Notes under the pieces: model-generated
Database searches by the model: none
Told to the model about the DNA's origin: nothing
The model's input: only the letters and a program-made list of their open reading frames with translations
Program-made: the position numbers and the translations under genes
Source of the DNA: Camelus dromedarius
Lineage: Eukaryota
DNA length: 64,000 nt
NCBI RefSeq assembly: GCF_036321535.1
Contig: NC_087472.1
Span: forward strand, 92,258,001-92,322,000
Reading direction: 5' to 3'
Shown: in pieces, positions 54,425 through 64,000 of the stretch
How the letters are laid out: every line of letters begins with the position of its first letter
Numbering within the stretch: the first letter of the stretch is position 1

Positions 54425-57400
54425 TACAGTAATCCCAGAGTGATCACACCTTAGGCACTTGCCAAGGCAAATGGAAATCCTTTCCAAAAGAGTTCCCCTT
54501 TATCCTAGGCCTCAGAGAATCCCCCAGAATAATATAAAAAAATAATATCCAAAGGAAAATGACCAGTTCATTGAAAACACAAACAAAAACCAACTAAGTA
54601 CAAAAGGAAATAAGGTGCCTTGAACAAGAATCATGAGAAAGAATAAAGATAGCTATCTCTCAGATCTCTGTAGTAAAACTACAGATTTAGCATTATCAAC
54701 CAGCAATTTTAAAACAAAGTTTAATAAAAGACAAGCATAAAGCATATATAGATATTTCTATATCTGTCTATAAAAATCATCTAACCAATGTGAAATAAAA
54801 CACTCTTAGAACTTTCAGACAATAAAATATAATAAATAAAATAAAAATCTCAAGGGGTAGGTTTAATACTACCTTAAATACAGTCAACAAGAAAGTAGAA
54901 ATAAAGCATACAGTGGTGGAGAGAGGGGCAGTCACTGAAATAGGGTAATGCCCACCAGCTCCCCAACATCCTTTTTTACTCAGGGTTAGCCACGGCAAAT
55001 CAGTAATGGAATATTCTTTATAAACAGGATGGTTACTGAGGGTCACAGATGATGCTATGTCAGCTTTGACAAAAGCACAAAGTAAGGACACCAAGGCCAC
55101 ATATTTCTAGACTGCTCCCTTGGCCTTGATCACCCTTAAAATGAAGGATAGGAAGAGGGTAGAGCAATTCGAAATCTACTTTTAGGAAAAAAAACAAAAA
55201 CAAAATGGATGCTCTCCATATATGTTAGACGTTTCTTTTCAAGTATTTAATTATATATTTTTTTCTATATGAAAGTGAATGCAAATAATGTAAAAGTGAC
55301 ATTTTTGTACTGTAATCAGACTTTCAGAGAAAAATAATAACCAATTGCTTATTATGTACCAAACATGGTGCTAAGTGTTTTATGCACATCATCTCACAAT
55401 ATCCTAGGAAGAAGAAATTCGTATCCTCCTTTGACACTTAAGGAAATAGACTCAGAGAGGAGAAATAAATTGTCAATGATAGAATAGGATTTGAACTCAG
55501 ATCTGCTGATTTAAGAGCCAAGGCTCTTAACCAAAAATAGTGTTGTTTTATGTAAATAAATTCAAGTTAAAACAGCAGTGTCATCTTATTTTAAAAAGCA
55601 CTTTGTACTTCTATAGCATTTCAATGTCAGTCCCCCGAAACTGGAAAAACGTGGCTAGATAAAAGGATTCTATCTGAAACATAAGTTGTTTACCATTCGA
55701 CATTGTGAACAATGTCTTAAATGGAGATATAGAAGGCAACCTGATAAATATGATTGATTTGAGATCTAAAGGATCATGCAGGTTAGAGTAATGTCAGCTG
55801 TAACAAGGCAAAATGTAACATAAGTGCAGGGAAGAGCCTCCGCTTAGTTACAGTCAGCTGCAGACGGTTACCAGACATCAGCCACAGCATACTGACTATG
55901 AGCCAGCTGGGAGATGTATACAAACTGATTTCAGCTAAAATTAAAAAAAAAAAATCACAGTGTGTAGACCAAGCGAGAGGTTAATCTTGTTCTTCTCCAT
56001 GTTAGTTAGACTAGAAATTGGTGTGATTGGAAACTATGTCATATGAATCACTGTGAGAACTAGAGATGTTTAGCTTATAAAAGAGTATAGGAGTATAATA
56101 AGGGGGAGATGTGACAGAGGTACACATGTGTCCCCATGCGTTTGTCCATAGGGAGACCCCAATGATTCCCATCAGAGATTTCTTAATTAACTTTTGCATG
56201 TTAGATTTATTGAGCTCAGAACTCATTCAAGTTTTGTCTTGTGTTTTCTCTAAGTTTATTTATATCTGGGAAAACTATAGCAAGGATCACAGCCAAAGAA
56301 GGCATGGAGATATTACATTGCCTCTGAACACCATTTGCACTCCCTGTTTTACTGGAAGAGTAGGCTAAACAAGGATGTTATAGCTTTCTTAAAATATCAG
56401 AAGAGCTTTTGTAAGACTGAAGAACTGCAATTGCTCTAGGGTAGGGTCCCAAGATAAAAAAAACTTGGCTCAAGAGGAAGGAAATTTTGAGAGCTCAAAA
56501 TAAAGAAGAAATTTCTAACTGAATGGTGCAAACAGAAATGCCTGCCCCAGGATGTTATGGACTCAAAGAACAAATATAGGATAGATGACCATTTGGCATA
56601 TGTGGGGAAAGGGCACGTAAGAAGAGTTCATAGAACATGAGCTACAAAGTCCCCCTTCCCCATCCTAAGCTTGTTTTAGACTAAAGCTCACAAATCTCTT
56701 TCTCTATCTTTAACTCTCTCCTGAACTTCCAACCTCATTTTCAAATCCTTGTTTGAAACAGTCATCCTCAAAATTCTTCTAGCATCTTAAATCCATTCAT
56801 CTAAAGACCATAATACATCATCTGGTCAAGAATCTGCCCAATTTCCTGTTTTTATTCTGATACCACATTATCCTAGTCATCCAAGCAGGCAACCAGTCAT
56901 TATGGGCCCCTCTCTTTCCTACTTAATCAGTTGCTAAATCATGTGGATACTGCTTTACACAATGTCTCTCACATCCACCCATTCCTTTCCAGTTCTTTGC
57001 CACTATTCTAGTCAAAGCCTTCAGTAATTCTCACTTAGGCCATTTGGTAATGAGCTGTTAACTATTATCCCTCCCTCTGATCTCACCTCCATTCTATCTA
57101 TCCAATATATGACAGCCAAATCAACTTTTCTTAAAAGTAGATTGGATGACACATCTGCCTCTTCAAAATTCATTACCTCCTATGGAATTAAGTACAGGCT
57201 CCTCACAATGGGATATGATATAAAAGCTACAATGAACTTTTCCATTTTCTCTCTCACTGTGATCATAGGTCCAACATTCTCTATTTCTGTCAAAGGTTTG
57301 GTTGTTTTTTTTTTTTTTTGATTTTATATCCTTGGATTTTCTATCTAACTTAGGTAACATTAATCCCTTGCCTGCAGTGTCTCTGTCTAATTTTCACCTC

Positions 57401-57693
57401 TGTAGCCAAAAATTCAAACACTACTTACTCTAAGATATCTTTACATGTGTGATTACTCTCATTTATAATGTTTTATAGCCCTTTGTTTATGTTCTCTTTA
57501 GGCCATAATGTAATCTACTTTGTAAGTACGTGTATACAAAGAATTCACATTATTATATTTTAAAAGCCTCAAACAACATGACTGTTACTCGCCATTGATG
57601 CTCTGTAGCATCTAGCATTGTGTAAGTGTTCAATAAATAAACATGAGCTAGACCAATTAATAATGTCATTTTCAGTATATACATTTCACTCTT

Positions 57694-57778
57694 TTTTAAT
57701 GGAGGTACTGAGGATTGAACCCAGGACCTCGTGCACTCTAAGCATGCACTTTACCACCAAGTTATATACCCTACCCCC
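57694..57778 (-). mobile_element. tRNA-derived SINE (Vic-1-like, short form) with 14-bp TSD
   Basis: Reverse complement of the same SINE head. TSD tacatttcactctt at 57680-57693 and 57779-57792. Confidence 0.9.
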
Positions 57779-58396
57779 TACATTTCACTCTTGATTTTAA
57801 GTTGGTATTCTTATAAAAATTTGACAAGTGTATAATGCATACACAATCATCACCACCACTGGACAAACCTGTGAAGGTGTATTTCCTCCTGACAATCAAC
57901 AGTGAAGGTTTAATATACCTCAAGGAAAGTAATTTACAAAATCCATCAGCTCTTCTGGTCAAGAGGATATATCACATTTACAAGTCAACTGTCTCCTTAA
58001 AACTCCTTTCCTTGTGGATATTATTGTTTGGTTTTATTTAACAAATAAAAATAGATGTATTTTCTATATCTATATATAATATTTTTCTATATTATATATA
58101 ATGCTTACTCTGCTCAGGCATTGTTCTGTTTTACAAAATATAACTCATTTAATTTTATCATGCAATTTCCTATTTTTAACTCCTTCAATTCAGGGATGAT
58201 GCTAAAGGTTATCTTTTATGATGCCTCCTTAGCCACATACCCTTTTAAGTGAAACCCCCCCACTAAGAGTACAGACTTGAGCTCAGCTGAAGGCATCCAC
58301 AGATCCTCCCAACTCCTACCACTATATTCCCTCCTCCCATACCTACCCACAAATCTCTACAATGAGTACAAGTGAGATGGAACAGTGATGAGCACT

Positions 58397-58592
58397 ACAG
58401 AGGGTAGAATAATGGTTCCCCAACGATGTCCACATCTTATTTCCGGAATCTGTGAATATACTACCTTACATGGCAAAAAAAAAGGACTTTGCTATGTGAT
58501 TAAATTAAGGATTATGAGATGGGAAGATTAGCCAGGATTATCTAGATGGACACAATCGAATTACAAGGGTCCTTATAAGGGAAAGAAGTGGG
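58397..58592 (+). mobile_element. MaLR LTR fragment (MLT1D-like)
   Basis: agaataatggttcccca.cgatgtccacatc..ccttacatggcaaaa..ggactttgc.atgtgattaaattaaggat..gagatggg..ggattatctagatgg. Confidence 0.8.
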
Positions 58593-58924
58593 TGTTACTT
58601 TAATACTGACTAAACTAGGTAAGAATCTTGCCACCAGTACAAAAGAGAGAAGAAATGGGTCTGTTCTGCATTGGAGAGTTTTGGGGTTTAAATCAAAAGC
58701 TGAATTGGCCTTAGTAAGCAAGAAGGAATATATTTTGGTGGTAGTCCAAATAACCAGGAAATAACATTCTTATTTTAGAGGAAATATTTAAAGCACAGGG
58801 TAAAGAAACATAAAACTCTTGCTAACTACCCAAGTAACTGAGTTAACATTCCATAGTTGTCTGTGATTTGTAATGTGACTTAGTATTTCAAAAGAACTGC
58901 CATATATTATGACACACACACATA

Positions 58925-59800
58925 CTCGTATATACACCAATTCCTACCATACACCATTCACAAAATAAATCCTAGATGGATTATACATCAAAAAAAGCTA
59001 TAAATATACCAGAATTTAGATTCTGATACTGCAATAGGGAAGGCTGGAAGGCTTTCTTAAACACACAACAGTAGGGGAAAAAAAGAACCATGAAATGCAA
59101 GATTAATATATTTAATTCATAAAATTTAAAACATTTTAACAACTTAAGTAAAGTAAAAAAGATAAACAGCACACTCTAAGAAAATATCTGCATTGTATAA
59201 AATCTGCAAAGGATAAAAAAACAAAGTATTATCTAAGAATCACTGAGAAAATAAAGTAAATCAATATAAAAACGGTCAAAGGCTATGAAGAGACATTTCA
59301 AAGAGGAGAAAGACAAAATATCCAGTAAGTATATGAAAACCACATATCACTAGAAATCAGAGAAATTATTATTAAAATAACATGTCAATAGCATTTTCTC
59401 TTTTCAGTGCTTCCGAAGGATAGGGGACCTATAAACTCTTACATCTTGCTGGTGGGAAAGTAAATTGGTACCAACATTTGGAGGGCAAATTCACAGTACC
59501 TATTAAAATTAAAAATGTTTGTACCGTATGACTATCGGTTCCCCTTCCTAATATTTTTTTCCCAGAGAACTACATGCGTATGCTTACAATGAGGCATAAT
59601 CATGGATTATAACTGAAGTATTGTTTGTAATGATATAACATTTGGACAATCCTAAACATCTACAAATAGGGAAATGATCTGATAAAATTTTTGTGTGCTC
59701 TGTGAAATATTCTTCGTGAGTTAAAATGAACTGAGTTAAGCCTATATGTACTGACATGGGTGAATTTCGAAGGTGCATAAAAATTATCTGCAAAACAATT
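58925..59800 (+). mobile_element. Ancient L1 (L1ME-like) ORF2 3' fragment
   Basis: cacaaaataaatcctagatggatta..gctatgaagagacatttcaaagagg..ttgctggtgggaaagtaaattggtac..tttggagggcaa. Confidence 0.65.
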
Positions 59801-60589
59801 CATACAATTTCAGTGAAAAAATATCTGATTGCTTGGGCTCTGGTTTTAAACCTGCTTACCTCTAGAGAAGTTAGAGAACAGAGATGAGAACTGGCCAAGG
59901 GAGACTAAAATGTTCTGTGTGTGTTTTATTTTTTAATTTTCTTTTTTACAATAAGAATGGATTTGTGTTTTACTTGTCTACATAAAATACATGGAAATTA
60001 TAAATACTTTTTTAAAAAGGAAGGCGAATCAAGGCAAATGTCTATGTAAGATGAATAGTTAGATAAGTGAATGGATGAATGGGGCTTTTAAAAATTTCCC
60101 TTTCCTGTGCACATAAAATATATTTCATGTTTATAATGATAAAATTTAATTCCACAGATGAAAATATTGGCTTGAGTGCAGCCCAAAGAAGCCACTAAAA
60201 TGAATAGTTAACTTCATTACTTTTAATTTCAATGATACATGATCTTCTATTTCTATACTCAATTCCATTAAAATGCTTTTCTCGTTGAAATGCAATGATC
60301 AGGTCAACCACAAAAGATTAAGTGAAATCCTAGATTAGTGAAACTTCTGAGCAGATTTACAATTTGCATTTGGGAACAACGGAAAGTAATGCATGTTACT
60401 GAATAATGAAACATGGCCATAAAAATGGAATGTTTTCATATGCATCGCAAAGCTTTGAAAAATTTGCACTTCATGCAAAGTGTGCTAATAAATATCAGTT
60501 TTCATATTGTGCATAGCATCCTGTTCATTTACATTAACCTGTTTGAAGTGTCCTTAATGCAGAATTTCCTCCCCTGTTCTACTATCTAC

Positions 60590-60590
<1 letters not shown>

Positions 60591-60627
<37 letters not shown>

Positions 60628-60651
60628 ACGCGCGCGCGCATGTGTGTGTGT
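60591..60651. repeat. (TG)n-(CG)n alternating purine-pyrimidine tract
   Basis: (TG)n, then cgcacgcgcgcgcgca, then (TG)n. Confidence 0.95.
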
Positions 60652-62490
60652 ACATACGTGTGACTAATGGGGGGCAAAAATGGGACGTTAATTAAATGAG
60701 TTTCTCAGAAAAGTTTAGCCCTTAGTTAAATGAGTATTATACATATACAGATGCACATACAGGTATGGGTATTCTGATGTAAAATAATACAAACTAATCT
60801 TTTCTCATAGAATCTTATAAGGTTGGCTTTAGGGAATGTTTCCTTCTCTTAAAAGTCATCACTGAATGTGTTTCACCATATCTCAATCGAATAATGCTAT
60901 TGTATACTTTCAGAAAATTAGGCATTTAATAAAATCAAAGGGATATTTTATTCCTGAGTTTCTACAATGTGCTTGGTTCTATGGAATAATAGTTAATAAA
61001 CACAAATGTATAGTGTAGTCCCTGTTTTAGACTGGCTTTTGGAAGCAAAGGAAAACATTCACCTAAGTCCTAAGAAAAAGGGGATGCCTAGACTAGAACA
61101 AAAACCAGGAATCACTGAACTTGTACCACCTCTCTGTCCCTGCCTTGTTTTGTCATGAGCCATTTGGTCTCCTCTCATGACATCTCAGCTTCTCCTTGTT
61201 AGGCTCATTGGGACAAAATATGGAAAATAAATTTTTGAAAAAGCAAAAATTATCCAAAGTCCCACTACAGGAGAAAACCATTATTAATAATTTGTGTATT
61301 TATTTTCTGTATTTTCCCAAGAAGCTTGTATTTTCTTTTAACAACCTGCAAAAGATAAAGCTACTTTCATTTTAAATGATAAATACATGGGGAAAATCAA
61401 CAAGTACATTATTTTGATTACCCAAGTACTTGTTGGCCAACAGTGTAGAAATTGTCACCTCCTTCAGGCACTTATGAGAGAGACCTCCAGAAGTAATGAC
61501 GCTGAGCTGTCTAAGGGAGCTTTTTAAATATTAATCTTAGAAATTTTATTTCAGAAAAAAAGGCTTCATTCTCTGTTAACATTGGGACCTGTGGCCTAGC
61601 TGCGGTGCCCTGTTATCCTCCTTCTTTGACATTGCATAGTCCACTTGCTTTTAATGATGTTTACTTGAACTTAAAGAGAAATGTATTTTTACCATCATTA
61701 TTTTAATCTGCATGTTAGCATAATTAGACAAATCAGGTGATACTAGCCTACATTCTAAGCCATGTTTACAATTTAAACACTGATATTTAATTAGAAAATA
61801 GACTAAATTAGTCTTCATATTGTGATGTATGTCTGTCTTTCTCTACATCTTCCTCTGCTAACATCTATCCTTTGTTGTGACTGAGGAAGGTGAAGGCAGA
61901 GCTGCCCAAACACATCACTAATGAGCAGATGCAAATGTACTTGTTGAATGATTCATCCTCAAAAAAAATACTACATTCTTGACCTCCTTTTTCTAATCAC
62001 ACCTATCTTCATTTTATTCTGTCTTCTTACTGCTACATGGAATTAAAGTTGGGGAAAAAGTGACACTTTACTTTCTGTTCAGACATACACTTGTTTATCT
62101 GTTTACTGTGTTTCCTCCACTATAACCTAAGATTTTATACCTGTTCCCTACTCCTGAATTCCCTTTTCTGAATCATAAAGTAGTTTTGTCAAAGGGTAAG
62201 TAGCAATGATATATTTAATATATACTGAATATCTACTATGTGCTAAGTACTAGATTAGGTTCATCTTCATGCAATATTTAATTTCATCTTCATCACAATC
62301 TTATGTATTTTCCTTAGTTGGCAGTGATGGAATGAATGCTTAGAAAGTTATGTAACATGGCTAACAGTACACAGACAAAATGAAAAGTCGAAATGATGTG
62401 CTTCCTATATCCTTCCAGTATGCCGAGCTGCTTAAGAGTCTGGTCCAGTTTCTCTCTCAGGGTCATTGCCATGGTGATATGCAATATTTC

Positions 62491-62638
62491 AGAGAGAGAG
62501 AGAGAAGAGGAAAGGAGAAGAGAGGAGGGAGGGGAGGGGAGAGGAGGAGCGGGGAGGGGAAGGGAAGAGAGGAGAGAGGAGGGGAGGGGAAGGGAGGGAA
62601 GAGAAGGAGAGGGGAGGGAAGGGGAGGGAAGGAAGTGA

Positions 62639-62686
<48 letters not shown>
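62491..62686. repeat. Polypurine (GGAGG/GA-rich) low-complexity tract followed by (GT)n
   Basis: Direct inspection. Confidence 0.95.
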
Positions 62687-62687
<1 letters not shown>

Positions 62688-63027
62688 AGTGTGTTTGCAT
62701 TTTCCCAGTATATACTTGGGAGAACAGATCACAGTTCTCAGTCCATGTGGCTCTTGTTAGGCAAAGTCTATCCTTGGCCTTGGGTGTGAGCATATGACTC
62801 AAGACTGGCCAATCAAAGTACTACACTCATTAGCCACTTGAGCAGGTTCAGGCATGGGCATATGATCGAAGTATGCAACCAAAAGTAGACCTAGCAAAAA
62901 TCAACAGGTTTCTCAAAGGAGGGGTGGTGGATCAGGGATCCATATAAGCCTGAGGCTATCAGGGGCCATTTTAATCATCAGAAGGGTAGAGGTTGACTGA
63001 GAATGAAGCCAACATAGGGAAACGAAA

Positions 63028-63187
63028 GAACATTTAAGAGATGGAGAAATAGAGACAGGCACAGGGAGAGAAGAGGAAAGAGGAGTAGGAGGAAGGGGAA
63101 GAGAACATTTAAGAGATGGAGAAGCAGAGATAGGCACAAGGAGAGGAGCGGGAGAAGAGCAAAGAGGAGTGGGAGGAAGGGGAAGAA
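63028..63187. repeat. Imperfect 2-copy purine-rich tandem duplication (~75-85 bp unit)
   Basis: agaacatttaagagatggagaa...ggcaca..gagaagag.aaagaggagt.ggaggaaggggaaga occurs twice in succession. Confidence 0.8.
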
Positions 63188-63849
63188 TAGAGGGAAGAGG
63201 AAGAAAAGAGATCAAGTACTAATAATATCAGTTGAACTTCTAGATTCAGCTACATCTGTAGTTGTGACAGTGACAGTCCTACCATTAGAGTATTCAGTTA
63301 CTGAGTCAAAATATTTCTTTTATATTTCAAGCTATATTTCTGTCACTAGCCCCTCAGGGAGTTATAATACAGAAAATGAGTATGAAAAAGGAATATTTTT
63401 AATAAGAACACAAGCTTCTCTTTTAAGTCAATCATTGTCTAAAATTAAAAGCAAATATTTAACAATCTAGCTAAGCAAACTTTTAGTAGTATCTACAGAT
63501 CCTCTTGTAAATGTAAAGAATCAAAACCCATAATTTAACACTTTTAGACTCACTGTAAATATAGCATTCTATGTTCAACTGCATTTGGCTAGGATACATA
63601 TCTATATCAGATATATATGTGCTATTTCCCATATAATACTAAAAGTAAACATCTCTTAAAGAAATTAAATTCATATGCCTCTCTCATGCACTTTACAGTT
63701 AACTCAGCCAACAGCTTACTCATTCACTTAATGAGTCATTTATTCAAGCCTTGAAGGATGGAAATCGTGCTAATTGCTGAAAAAAAAAATTAAGATATGG
63801 TCTCTCTGTTCTTTAGGAGCTCAATATAAAGAGGTATCTCAGGAAAAAA

Positions 63850-63908
63850 TGTTGACACAACATTGTAAAATGATTATAAATCAATAAAAAAAAGTTAAAA
63901 TAAATAAA
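63850..63908 (+). mobile_element. Extremely truncated (~60 bp) L1 3' end with long TSD
   Basis: ttgacacaacattgtaaaatga.tataa.tcaataaaaa plus an A tail. Flanked by aaagaggtatctca(g/a)gaaaaaa at 63828-63849 and 63909-63930. Confidence 0.85.
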
Positions 63909-64000
63909 AAAGAGGTATCTCAAGAAAAAAATTTAAAACTAATTTTAATATAATATATAATTGTAATTACTAATATCTGTTAATTATGATCTATTTTAAA

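Noticed and set aside
62314..63215. 100-160 aa ORFs rich in P/S/L, E/G/R or HT/CV
   Set aside because: Translations of microsatellite and polypurine low-complexity DNA.

Overview
AT-rich, repeat-dense mammalian genomic DNA. It is most likely camelid X chromosome, inferred from Vic-1-like tRNA-derived SINEs, a lineage-specific L1 3' UTR and the IL1RAPL1 locus. The minus strand carries two coding exons of IL1RAPL1 (187 bp and 154 bp, canonical splice sites); everything else is intronic. Nested antisense in the large upstream intron is an intact, intronless 770-aa SUPT20H (SPT20/p38IP/FAM48A)-like retrogene. It has its own compact CpG/GC-box promoter containing a perfect 38-bp tandem duplication. 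The most striking signal is a 5'-truncated young L1 at about 37460-38700 whose 5' ~600 bp is massively A-to-G hypermutated. A hand alignment against a sister copy in this window gives 47 A>G versus 6 G>A in 289 nt, with avoidance of A preceded by G. This looks like a genomic fossil of an ADAR-hyperedited L1 RNA that was still reverse-transcribed and inserted. Repeat subfamily names come from recognition, not from a database search.
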